Shown: positions 1 to 8,560, numbered from the stretch's first letter. The stretch: 20,000 bases of DNA from an uncultured virus (IMG/VR IMGVR_UViG_3300006925_002811) (IMGVR_UViG_3300006925_002811), one strand, 5' to 3'. The notes: generated by a model from the letters alone, not told the origin. Translations and numbers: made by a program.

Positions 1-1
1 A

Positions 2-3000
2 TTGGGTACTCCGGCAGACGGCAAATACTTTATTACACCTAACATTGACGGAGCAAGTGGCTCTGCAATTAGACAAAGTGCTATTACATCTTTAGATTCC
101 AGCACAACTGTTACTGAAGCAATTGACAAACTTAACGAAGCAATGCTAAATGTACAAAACGACACTTTCGTACGTGACGTTTCTGTTACAGTTGATACCG
201 CAGTAGGTGGAGCACCGTTAACAAGTACATTAACAATCGCCACAGAAGGCTCACCTAACAGATATACAATTGACTGGGGTGATGGTAGTTCAACAACTGC
301 TACAACAGATAGTACACCAAGTCATACTTATACAGATAATTCAAACTCACCGTTTGATGTTGTGGTTACAGCATTCAATAATTTAGGTGCAGGAGAAGGT
401 AGTACAGCAAGTATTACTAAAACAGATTTTATTACATTATATACTGCTAACCCAGTTGTAGCATTTGATATGTATGCCGCTTCAAGTGGCGGCTCAGCAG
501 TTACTTTTGTCGACGATGGTGTTGCATTATACTTAGACAACAATACTACAAATGTAAATGGTATAGCAGATGCTAGTTACGAAATACAATGGGGTGACGG
601 TTCAGCAAATAGTTCAGTTACAGATAACGACTATCCAGGTGGTGCAAATGGTTCAAGACTAGCACACACTTATGCAACTGCAACTGAAACAGAGCAAACG
701 TTTACAACTAAACTAAACATGCTTACGCATAGTACAGCAGATCCAAGTCAAGTTCCTCAAGAAGTATCAAAAACAATCAAAGTATACGATACGCATACTC
801 CAACAGTTGCAACAAGTAGTACAAGTGGTATTAACGAAACAGGAACAAACGGACACCCAGTAACGTTTACAAACAATACTGAAAACACAATTGGTAGTTA
901 TGCCGCATACGGAATACAATATAGATACACTTGGGGAGATGGAACAACTACAACTGTAAATACAGGTAGTGGTGCCGCAGGTGATACAGGTGGAACAATT
1001 GATCACACTTATCAATTAAGCAATGGACAACAATCAAGTGGTACAGCAGTAGATTACACAGGTAACTTAAGAGTGTTATCAGAACATTCAAGTTCACCAT
1101 TTATAAGTAGTGACTTCACAATCCACGTTGAACCAGATGTTAGAGCAAGTATTACGGCATCAGCAGTAAATTCAAGTTTAAATGATGCTAGTGGTGACAA
1201 CATAAGAACAGTTTACAAAGGCACAGATTTAAGTGGTAACAATAGAGCAATAGTAACTGTAGACAATACTACACAAAACGGTGATAGTTATGTTTACACA
1301 TGGGGTGACGGTGATAACTCAGGAACAGTTAATGAGTCCGGTTCACCAGCAGGTTCTGTAGCAGGTGCTAACATTACGCATGATTACAATAGTGCAAGTG
1401 CAGGAAACTACACATTATCATTTTCAACTAGTGGAACACCAGATATAACAGCACAAACTGATACTGATTCAGAAACAATAGTTGTTAAAGCAGTTCCAAC
1501 TGCTCCACAAGGATTAAGCAGTAAGTCTCTATCATGGAATACTAACTACGATCAAGGTGGAAGATTAGCCTCAGGTGCAACAAACAATACAGGTACTACA
1601 CCTCCAAGTGCAGGTGATTCATTACAGTCAAGTACATTAAGAAGATTTGAATCAGGAACAGTACAAAGTAGTACAGTAAGTAATGCTTACAGAAGTGATA
1701 CAGGAACATTATCTGCGTTATTAAATGATAGTGCCGATGGTGCAAAAACATTCAGTACATCAACAGGTGAAACAGGAACATTTGATTCATTAGTGATTTC
1801 ATCAGAAGGTGATGCTAGAAGCGAAATAGGTAGCAGTTACCCTTCAAACTTTTATCAAGTGTTTAGTGCTAGAGCAAGTAAAAGCATTACTAGTTTAGCA
1901 AAAGGTATACACAAACTTGAACTAAGTCATAGCACAACAGGTAACACTAACGAAATACAATTTGTTAAAGATAATGTTACAACTGTTCCTACATTAAACG
2001 TAGGTAGTGCTACAGTAACACAAGTTAGTGCAGGATCACTTAGACATATTTCAGGAATACCTTATTATAACACAGGTTCACCTCAAATTAGAATATCAGG
2101 ATTAACAGTAGATAATTTAGTTGGAGAAGCATATTACGATGGAAGTCAAATTTTACAATTTACTTCAGGTACTAATTATGAGAGTACATCAGATAGTGCT
2201 ATAAGTACAACTAACTTTAGTTATACAGATATAGACGGTGCGAGTACAATGCTAAGTAGCGGTGTACCAATTGCACAAACAGGTGTTGCTAGTGCTTATG
2301 CATTAGGTGACATTGATATTACTTTAACTAGTAGTGGTGCTAAATCAATAGAAACTATTAAAGGTAGAATACAAAACTTAATGGGCTACAGTAATTACGC
2401 AAGTGACTTAGGTACTAAGATACAAGTGCATACAGATGCTCCAAGTGGTTTTGTAGAAGGTGCCATTCCAGTAGCAGACAGTTTGGGTGCTACACATGAC
2501 GATGATGGGTTGAGAATTACAGGCTTTAGTGGTGCAAGTGATACACCGGCTATTGCAGGGTCAACAAACTTCTATACAGCAAATGCATGGAGTGGTGCTG
2601 TTACAGTAGCAGGAACATCAGAAGCAATAGTAAGACTAGGCACACTACAACATTATACAACAGATTTAAGTTCAGGATACTTGCCAGCAGGGCCAGACTT
2701 GAACACAGGCAGAAGTGGATCACAATACTTTACTTTTGCATTTAGAAGAACAACAATGTCTAACTTCACTGTTACATTAACTGGTACAATAAGCGGAATG
2801 TTTATTGCCGCACCAGGTACTGACATCGACGATGCAAGTACAATTAACGGTTGGTTAGATTGTACATCGACATACGCAGGAGCAGGAACACCAGGTGCTG
2901 ATACAAGTAATGGTGGTAATGGTTCAAATGGTTGTGCGTTTACGTCAGGAGACCGAATTATAGATGGAACTAGTATGAGTAGCGATAGTTTCACATTTAC

Positions 3001-3100
3001 ACTAGGTGACCAAAACGGTACTGGTGCAACAGGTAATAACATACTAGTAAGAATTAAATTGGAGTCAGGAGACTCCTTAACAGCAGTGAGTATAGCATAA
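2..3100 (+). CDS. Large Ser/Thr/Gly-rich virion structural protein with four PKD-like (Ig-fold) repeats; probably 5'-truncated by the window edge
   Basis: 1032-aa ORF open from the first full codon; four WGDG motifs (IDWGDG, IQWGDG, YTWGDG x2), each followed later by an H-x-Y motif (SHTY/AHTY/DHTY/THDY), typical of PKD domains; beta-rich low-charge composition like tail/baseplate proteins of large myophages. Confidence 0.75.
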   Translation: MGTPADGKYFITPNIDGASGSAIRQSAITSLDSSTTVTEAIDKLNEAMLNVQNDTFVRDVSVTVDTAVGGAPLTSTLTIATEGSPNRYTIDWGDGSSTTATTDSTPSHTYTDNSNSPFDVVVTAFNNLGAGEGSTASITKTDFITLYTANPVVAFDMYAASSGGSAVTFVDDGVALYLDNNTTNVNGIADASYEIQWGDGSANSSVTDNDYPGGANGSRLAHTYATATETEQTFTTKLNMLTHSTADPSQVPQEVSKTIKVYDTHTPTVATSSTSGINETGTNGHPVTFTNNTENTIGSYAAYGIQYRYTWGDGTTTTVNTGSGAAGDTGGTIDHTYQLSNGQQSSGTAVDYTGNLRVLSEHSSSPFISSDFTIHVEPDVRASITASAVNSSLNDASGDNIRTVYKGTDLSGNNRAIVTVDNTTQNGDSYVYTWGDGDNSGTVNESGSPAGSVAGANITHDYNSASAGNYTLSFSTSGTPDITAQTDTDSETIVVKAVPTAPQGLSSKSLSWNTNYDQGGRLASGATNNTGTTPPSAGDSLQSSTLRRFESGTVQSSTVSNAYRSDTGTLSALLNDSADGAKTFSTSTGETGTFDSLVISSEGDARSEIGSSYPSNFYQVFSARASKSITSLAKGIHKLELSHSTTGNTNEIQFVKDNVTTVPTLNVGSATVTQVSAGSLRHISGIPYYNTGSPQIRISGLTVDNLVGEAYYDGSQILQFTSGTNYESTSDSAISTTNFSYTDIDGASTMLSSGVPIAQTGVASAYALGDIDITLTSSGAKSIETIKGRIQNLMGYSNYASDLGTKIQVHTDAPSGFVEGAIPVADSLGATHDDDGLRITGFSGASDTPAIAGSTNFYTANAWSGAVTVAGTSEAIVRLGTLQHYTTDLSSGYLPAGPDLNTGRSGSQYFTFAFRRTTMSNFTVTLTGTISGMFIAAPGTDIDDASTINGWLDCTSTYAGAGTPGADTSNGGNGSNGCAFTSGDRIIDGTSMSSDSFTFTLGDQNGTGATGNNILVRIKLESGDSLTAVSIA

Positions 3101-4170
3101 TGGCAATATCAGATAGTCAAAAAGTTGACCTACTTTGGAAAAAAGTTGGTTTTGGTAAAGCCAAAACTGATACTAATGCAAATAAAAAAGCACCAAACGA
3201 AGGTACATCATCCGATTTTATTATTAAAGTTGATCAAATTTGGGCTCAGAGTGCCAGCATACCAGGAGTTATACCAACAGCGAATTCAAGCATTGTAACA
3301 GTTTACAGTGACGCACTAGGTAAGGCACACAAACTAACAGAAGATGCTACATCCTCTGATAACAGAACATGGACAACAGGTATTACTAATTGGATTGCTC
3401 CAAGTTTTGGAGCAACATATCAAGTTAAAGTTTATGCAAGTGCGGCGGATGACACTGATCCACAAACAAGCGGAACACAGTTATTTGAAACAGGTTCTGG
3501 TAGTGACGACCAATGGTACTTCGATTACCAATCAGGTGTACTACACTTTATAGGTAATAACTTACCAACAGCAATAGGCACAGGTACAGCAAATGTTATA
3601 TACATGGCAGGTGCTAAGTATTCAGGGGCAACAGGTATTGGTGCAGATGCCTCCGGAGCAAGTGCTTCGTTTAGAAAGGCTAACATGACAGCAGTATTTG
3701 CCGATAACACAATTAACGAAGGTGACATTATTGAAGTTACTGATGTTGGTGATGGTGAGTATGGTGTTTACCTGGCTAAGCAAGATAATCCTACTGCTAC
3801 TGGACACTTAACATTAATTAGTACTCAAGACAGTTCAGGTACTGATGCACAAACATTAAGTGCAAGTGCTACATACGATGGCGGTACACAAACATTAGGT
3901 GGTATAAGTGCTTCAACTAAACCAATGCAAGTAATGGTTAACGTTACAACTGCATTTGATGGTACTAGTACACTAACTGTAGGTGATGATAACAATAACT
4001 CAAGGTTAATGAGTACTACATACGTTGATTTAAGTGAAACTGGTGTGTATGTTACTAACCCAAGTTATGTTTATACTAATGCTTTAGATGCCGACAATAC
4101 GTTAAAAGTATATACTACGCAAGGTACGTCCTCACAAGGTGCGGCTACTGTATACGTTAGTTACGCATAA
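3100..4170 (+). CDS. Putative virion structural protein
   Basis: 356-aa ORF coupled to the upstream gene (TAATG overlap); same Thr/Gly/Ser-rich composition; MAISDSQKVDLLWKK start and W-x-FDY-x-SG-x-L-x-F motif resemble myophage structural proteins. Confidence 0.6.
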   Translation: MAISDSQKVDLLWKKVGFGKAKTDTNANKKAPNEGTSSDFIIKVDQIWAQSASIPGVIPTANSSIVTVYSDALGKAHKLTEDATSSDNRTWTTGITNWIAPSFGATYQVKVYASAADDTDPQTSGTQLFETGSGSDDQWYFDYQSGVLHFIGNNLPTAIGTGTANVIYMAGAKYSGATGIGADASGASASFRKANMTAVFADNTINEGDIIEVTDVGDGEYGVYLAKQDNPTATGHLTLISTQDSSGTDAQTLSASATYDGGTQTLGGISASTKPMQVMVNVTTAFDGTSTLTVGDDNNNSRLMSTTYVDLSETGVYVTNPSYVYTNALDADNTLKVYTTQGTSSQGAATVYVSYA

Positions 4171-4833
4171 TTAACTAAACAACACTTCCCAATCGTTTTC
4201 AATAATATCTGGTTCCTTCTCGAACTCTACTGGTCTATTATACTTTTGTGATTGGTCTCTATCTTCTAGCCAAATTATTTCTTTTTTATGTTCACTACGC
4301 AACCAACTATGTGGAGTATTTTTCCAAATATGTACAACCTCAACATTAGATGCATACATTTGTCGTTCACATGTACGAACTAGTTTTCTAGTCTGATCAT
4401 TATCTGGAATTATTAAAGTTTCGTCCCAACTATGATGGAAATTAACATCGCCTTGCATAGTTTTATAAAAGGCAACTACAGCACTCTTAACCTGTGCTTC
4501 TAAGTCTCGTCGAAGTAAGTAGTAGCATTCGTCAGCCTCACTCATTAAGTCCTGCAAAAATGTCTCTTTGCGCCAAGGTGATAATTGCTCTCTTAACATC
4601 AACGGAAATACTTTAACACAATTAGACTGTGTAGGATCGTTCCAGGCCCTCATTACTTGTTTGAATTGTGCTTTTCTTTGTGCATCTGTCTTTGGAAATG
4701 GTTCATACCCGTGCCCAAGAGTTCTAAGATCCTCTCCCCAGTTGTGCATACCAGGATTAGCAGTTGCTATATTGTGTAAGAATGTTGTGCTACCGCATCT
4801 CGGTGATGTAATAAGTATTGCATTTTTTGACAT
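4171..4833 (-). CDS. Sulfotransferase-like protein (P-loop, Stf0/Sulfotransfer type)
   Basis: N-terminal ILITSPRCGSTTF resembles the 5'-PSB PAPS-binding loop; LLRRDLEAQVKS resembles the 3'-PB motif (R-x7-S). ATG at 4833 preferred over TTG at 4839. Confidence 0.65.
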   Translation of the reverse strand: MSKNAILITSPRCGSTTFLHNIATANPGMHNWGEDLRTLGHGYEPFPKTDAQRKAQFKQVMRAWNDPTQSNCVKVFPLMLREQLSPWRKETFLQDLMSEADECYYLLRRDLEAQVKSAVVAFYKTMQGDVNFHHSWDETLIIPDNDQTRKLVRTCERQMYASNVEVVHIWKNTPHSWLRSEHKKEIIWLEDRDQSQKYNRPVEFEKEPDIIENDWEVLFS

Positions 4834-4862
4834 AATCAACGCCTTTTTTTACTCTTAAAAGT

Positions 4863-4879
4863 TATTTATCTAGTAAATA
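4863..4879. promoter_or_regulatory. Back-to-back T4-type late promoter cores serving two divergent genes
   Basis: ATAAATA on - strand (4863-4869) and TAAATA on + strand (4874-4879) in the short divergent intergenic gap. Confidence 0.6.
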
Positions 4880-4885
4880 TAGCAT

Positions 4886-5350
4886 ATGAACGGTTTCAAG
4901 GTACAGTTTGAAGAGATAAGAGCAGTTTGGGAAACCAAACTTTGGCCTCATCGCGAAAGTGCAATAGAGCCAATGAGTGTAATGACTTGGCCTTTTGAAG
5001 GCGACCCTGATGAATATGATATGAGTATATTAGACAAGTATACCCCTACATTCTTTGGAGTAGCAAAAGACCGTAAACTAATAGGTGTGAACTCAGGACA
5101 CAGAACATCAGATATGCATTATCGCAGTAGAGGTATTTGGGTTGATCCTAAGTATAGAAAATCTGGTGTTGCACAATATCTATTTAATGTAACTGAGTTA
5201 CAAGCAAAAAAAGAGAACTGTGAAATGATTTGGAGTTTACCAAGAGAAACCGCCTTAAGTGCTTATACCAAATTTGGCTTTGAAACTGTCGGCGGCTTTA
5301 TTAAAACTGAGACTTCAGAGTCTAATATTTATGTTAGGAAGATTCTGTAG
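4886..5350 (+). CDS. GNAT family N-acetyltransferase
   Basis: Acetyl-CoA motif A (RGIWVDPKYRKSGVA) and motif B-like ALSAYTKFGF. Confidence 0.85.
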   Translation: MNGFKVQFEEIRAVWETKLWPHRESAIEPMSVMTWPFEGDPDEYDMSILDKYTPTFFGVAKDRKLIGVNSGHRTSDMHYRSRGIWVDPKYRKSGVAQYLFNVTELQAKKENCEMIWSLPRETALSAYTKFGFETVGGFIKTETSESNIYVRKIL

Positions 5351-5894
5351 ATTCCTGTGCTTTGGCTCTTGCTTCTCTAACATCTGATAAGTATTGTACC
5401 ATAGTATCAGCATCACTAACTTGGAATGGATCGCCATCTGCGTTATCATCAAAACCAGGTTCAATAAACATTTGTTCTACAATACCGTTATCAATAACCA
5501 TACTGTATCTCCAACTTCTATAACCAAATCCAATATTAGATTTATCAATTAGGAAACCCATTTTTCTTGTAAACTCGCCGGCTCCATCTGGAACAGGTTT
5601 TACATTTTCTACTGATAGGCTCTTAAACCAAGAGTTCATAACAAAACTATCGTTTACACTGATACAATATACTTCGTCGATATCTAAATCTGTGATATCG
5701 TTATACGCGGCTTCGTATCCTGGTAAATGTGTACTTGAACAAGTTGGTGTGAATGCACCTGGTAAAGCAACAAGTACTACTCGTCTGCCAGTAAACATTT
5801 CACTAGTAAGCATATCTTTCCAAGCAAATCCAGGTGCTTCGTCAATTTGAATTCTAGTTTTAAATGTTACGTTAGGTGTTGTTACATAAAACAT
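5334..5894 (-). CDS. Peroxiredoxin (Prx5/type II, redoxin family)
   Basis: PGAFTPTCS peroxidatic-Cys motif, SVNDSFVMNSW, RSWRYSM; SD-like AAGGA upstream. Confidence 0.93.
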   Translation of the reverse strand: MFYVTTPNVTFKTRIQIDEAPGFAWKDMLTSEMFTGRRVVLVALPGAFTPTCSSTHLPGYEAAYNDITDLDIDEVYCISVNDSFVMNSWFKSLSVENVKPVPDGAGEFTRKMGFLIDKSNIGFGYRSWRYSMVIDNGIVEQMFIEPGFDDNADGDPFQVSDADTMVQYLSDVREARAKAQESTESS

Positions 5895-5922
5895 ATTTTT
5901 TCCTTTATAATTATACGGGTAT

Positions 5923-7128
5923 TTATTTTACCTTTACTAGTGCTTTGGCTAATTCTTGGCAAAGTTTTTTACAATCTGCATCATCGTTATATGGAGCATA
6001 CGATATTCTTACTATACCTTTACCTCCGCTTATTCTATCTACTATAGGGTGAGCACATACTTTACCAGTTCGTATAGCAACGTCTGTGTTTGACATTAGT
6101 TGTCCTACATCAGCACTATGTCCTTTGATAGGTATTAAACTTATTACATTTGTGTCAAATCCTAGTTCAGGATATACTCTACAATTAGGTAATACATCAA
6201 CACCATAACTAAGTAAACTCTGTAGTACATCTTTCTCTTGTAAATATATAGTAGGATAACCTACATATCTTATCATTTCACAAGCAACACCGAAGCCAAT
6301 AATGTTTGCAATATCCGGTGTTCCTGGACAATGTTTTGCTACACCTTGTTTTAGTGATACACTATCAAACGACACTGAATCAACTGCGCCACCGCCATAG
6401 TAAAGAGGAACTAAGTCTTCAAAATCAAATGACGTATATAATGCTCCAATGCCAGTTGGTCCATACATTTTGTGTGAACTAAAAACTGCAAATTCAACTT
6501 TTGTTTTTGTTAAGTCTATTTTTTTGTGTGCTACAGTTTGACAAAAATCTATACATACACTAGCACCGTATTTGTGTGCTAAGTCAGTTATGGCTTCCCA
6601 TGGTTGTGTAACTCCTGTTACATTACTTGTAGCACAAAAACTTACTAATAAATCTTGCCAACCTCCAGCATGTTTATCTAGTAGTTTTTCTAGTTCGTAT
6701 AAGTCAATTTCACCATTAAAATCATTTATAGGCATAACAGCAATACTATCGTCTGACGTACTTTTACCTTGTGTTAGCCAAGGAACAATATTAGCATTAT
6801 GTTCTGCTTCTGTTACAATAACAGTTTTCTTATCTCTCATCCAACGTGCTATCATGTTTAAGCCTTGCGTTGTACCAGCGGTAAACATTAGTTGACTTGC
6901 AGGAACATTAATAAGGTTTGCTACTTGTTCTTTTGCGGTTTCTACTGCAACAGCAGTTCTCTCGCTGATAGCATATTCGCCTCTGTTTGTGTTAGAGCGA
7001 AAATGTTCGTAGTATTCATTCATTGCCTTTATTACTGACTCATGTGTTTGAGTACTGGCGGCGGAATCGAAATATGCTAATTCTGGGTTGTTGGCAAGAG
7101 TAGGGAATGATCTCTTTAGGTCAAGCAC
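5923..7128 (-). CDS. sufS: Group II (SufS/CsdA-like) PLP-dependent cysteine desulfurase, divergent
   Basis: YFDSAAST, SSHKMYGPTGIG (PLP lysine), catalytic Cys in IRTGKVCAHP (canonical RxGHHCA); GTG start overlapping the clpS stop. Confidence 0.85.
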   Translation of the reverse strand: MLDLKRSFPTLANNPELAYFDSAASTQTHESVIKAMNEYYEHFRSNTNRGEYAISERTAVAVETAKEQVANLINVPASQLMFTAGTTQGLNMIARWMRDKKTVIVTEAEHNANIVPWLTQGKSTSDDSIAVMPINDFNGEIDLYELEKLLDKHAGGWQDLLVSFCATSNVTGVTQPWEAITDLAHKYGASVCIDFCQTVAHKKIDLTKTKVEFAVFSSHKMYGPTGIGALYTSFDFEDLVPLYYGGGAVDSVSFDSVSLKQGVAKHCPGTPDIANIIGFGVACEMIRYVGYPTIYLQEKDVLQSLLSYGVDVLPNCRVYPELGFDTNVISLIPIKGHSADVGQLMSNTDVAIRTGKVCAHPIVDRISGGKGIVRISYAPYNDDADCKKLCQELAKALVKVK

Positions 7129-7424
7129 TATAGTTCTTCTGTAATAATCTGTAAAGGATGTCCTGCGTGACGAGATACAACCGTTGCTTCATGTACTTTT
7201 TGTTCGGCTATCTCTAATGAATAAGTTGCGACTATACTTTTACCTGACTCATGAATTTGTACAGTTATATCCTGTGCTTCTTCAATGTCCTTATTGAATA
7301 CTTCAATAAGCAAATGTATAACAAACGGCATAGGAGTAAAGTCGTCATTGAGGAAAATAACATTATATCTTTTAGGAAATGTTATCTCCGTTGCTGTTCG
7401 CTGTTCTGTTTTAGTTTGTGCCAT
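7128..7424 (-). CDS. clpS: ATP-dependent Clp protease adaptor ClpS
   Basis: YNVIFLNDDFTPMPFV, QIHESG, EIAEQK and HPL motifs of the N-degron adaptor. Confidence 0.93.
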   Translation of the reverse strand: MAQTKTEQRTATEITFPKRYNVIFLNDDFTPMPFVIHLLIEVFNKDIEEAQDITVQIHESGKSIVATYSLEIAEQKVHEATVVSRHAGHPLQIITEEL

Positions 7425-7429
7425 ACATC

Positions 7430-7437
7430 TATTTATA
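7430..7437 (-). promoter_or_regulatory. T4-type late promoter TATAAATA for clpS-sufS
   Basis: Exact TATAAATA on - strand, 5 nt before the clpS ATG. Confidence 0.75.
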
Positions 7438-7452
7438 TATGTGATAGTGTCA

Positions 7453-7476
7453 GGCGACTATCTTTTGGTAGCCGCC
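7453..7476 (-). terminator. GC-rich stem-loop after hsp20 (terminator or mRNA-stabilising hairpin)
   Basis: GGCGGCTACC-AAAA-GATAGTCGCC 16 nt after the hsp20 stop; no U-tract follows, so termination is uncertain. Confidence 0.5.
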
Positions 7477-7492
7477 CAACTACGTTACAGTT

Positions 7493-7951
7493 TTAGGAAA
7501 TGTCAATTGTTTTAGGTTTCATTGCCTCTGGCACGTTCCTAAACAAATTAACCCTTAGTATGCCATCTTCTAGTTTGGCACTTTCTACTTCTACATAATC
7601 AGCAAGTTTGAAAGTTCTTGTAAAGTTCCTTTCAGCAATGCCTTTGTGTAAAAATTCAACTGATTCGTCAGTATCTATAATGTTGGTTTTTCCTTCAACT
7701 TTAAGAGTACCATCTTCAATTGAGATGTCTATGTCCTTCTTTGTAAATCCTGCAACTGCTAAGGTAATAGCATACAACGGCTCTTCTTGTCCTTCAACCA
7801 TTTGTTTTGTAATGTTGAAAGGTGGGTAACCTGTTTGTGCAGTAGCAAATGATGGGTCATTGAAAAACTGGTCTGCTAGTCTATCAAAACCGATGCTCAT
7901 TTTATATAGTGGGGATAATGATTCAGATGTGAATCGTAATTGCTTTGTCAT
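7493..7951 (-). CDS. hsp20: Small heat-shock protein Hsp20 (IbpA-like)
   Basis: SIGFDRL, YPPFNI, LAVAGF, FLHKGIAERNFTRTFKL, AKLEDGIL and C-terminal I-x-I motif; AAGGAG SD. Confidence 0.95.
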   Translation of the reverse strand: MTKQLRFTSESLSPLYKMSIGFDRLADQFFNDPSFATAQTGYPPFNITKQMVEGQEEPLYAITLAVAGFTKKDIDISIEDGTLKVEGKTNIIDTDESVEFLHKGIAERNFTRTFKLADYVEVESAKLEDGILRVNLFRNVPEAMKPKTIDIS

Positions 7952-8012
7952 TGTTTTCTCCTTTATTAAGCAAGTTATAATACTTTTTAAACCCTATTGG
8001 CGAATAAAAAGT
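7952..8012 (-). promoter_or_regulatory. ROSE-like RNA thermometer in the hsp20 5' UTR
   Basis: mRNA reads CUUGCU-UAAUAA-AGGAG-AAAACA-AUG, with the U(U/C)GCU motif placed to pair with the SD; upstream hairpin ACUUUUUA...UAAAAAGU (7982-8012). Confidence 0.65.
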
Positions 8013-8014
8013 TC

Positions 8015-8500
8015 GCGGATCAGAGGAGCATTCGTTAGTGTGTGTCCTGTTCCTCTGTTCTACTTGGTAAACTTCTTCGTGTCTTTAAGTGTTGCCATCT
8101 AAAGCCGTTTGTTGGTTACCCCAAAAACCTAAAGCATTTATGTATTTCTACACCTATGTCTAGGGTGATTTGTATCAGAGCGTCTACTTGAATTTGATTC
8201 TCTCTCTTATCTGTGATATGCTATACATTACTGCGGAACATATCTGATCGTAATACAATCAATTTTGTTTATTTCTAAACTTGGTCTGTTAAACCCGAGC
8301 TGTACAGTAACTTAATACCGAGCTCTTTTGAAGATTTAACTTCCCTTTAAGTTAGTTAGTCGTCCTGACCAATCATTCGGTTTGTTTCACTTACGATTCA
8401 CTTACCTTGTATTAGAAATTCTTTCTTCCTAACTGCTTCTAAGTTCTACAGTAGACTTTTGTTACTTACGTTTCAATTGCCCTTGTAGTTCTTTTCTGCA
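8015..8500 (-). ncRNA. Large structured non-coding RNA, ROOL-like (~490 nt)
   Basis: No ORF >60 aa on the - strand in a ~600-nt gap of a tightly packed genome; starts just after an ATAAATA late promoter; at least ten stems, including GNRA-capped hairpins (GUUUA-GAAA-UAAAC, GUGUA-GAAA-UACAU, CCUA-GACA-UAGG); motif order resembles ROOL RNA as recalled, not searched. Ends approximate. Confidence 0.75.
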
Positions 8501-8514
8501 AAGATATTTATCTT
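8501..8514 (-). promoter_or_regulatory. T4-type late promoter core driving the ncRNA (and possibly hsp20)
   Basis: ATAAATA at 8505-8511 inside a short inverted repeat AAGATA-AA-TATCTT. Confidence 0.65.
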
Positions 8515-8560
8515 CTGGTGTTAATAATATGGTACTTTTTGGGTAAAAAATAGACTATTT

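Noticed and set aside
7860..8102. 80-aa + strand ORF overlapping hsp20 and the ncRNA
   Set aside because: Antisense to hsp20, TTG start without RBS, no protein-like features; the region is better explained as structured RNA
8015..8500. Alternative identities for the gap: CRISPR array, tRNA cluster, tmRNA, RNase P RNA, group I/II intron
   Set aside because: No direct repeat-spacer periodicity, no cloverleaf or TTCGA/CCA ends, no RNase P GAGGAAAGUCC motif, and the flanking genes are intact rather than split
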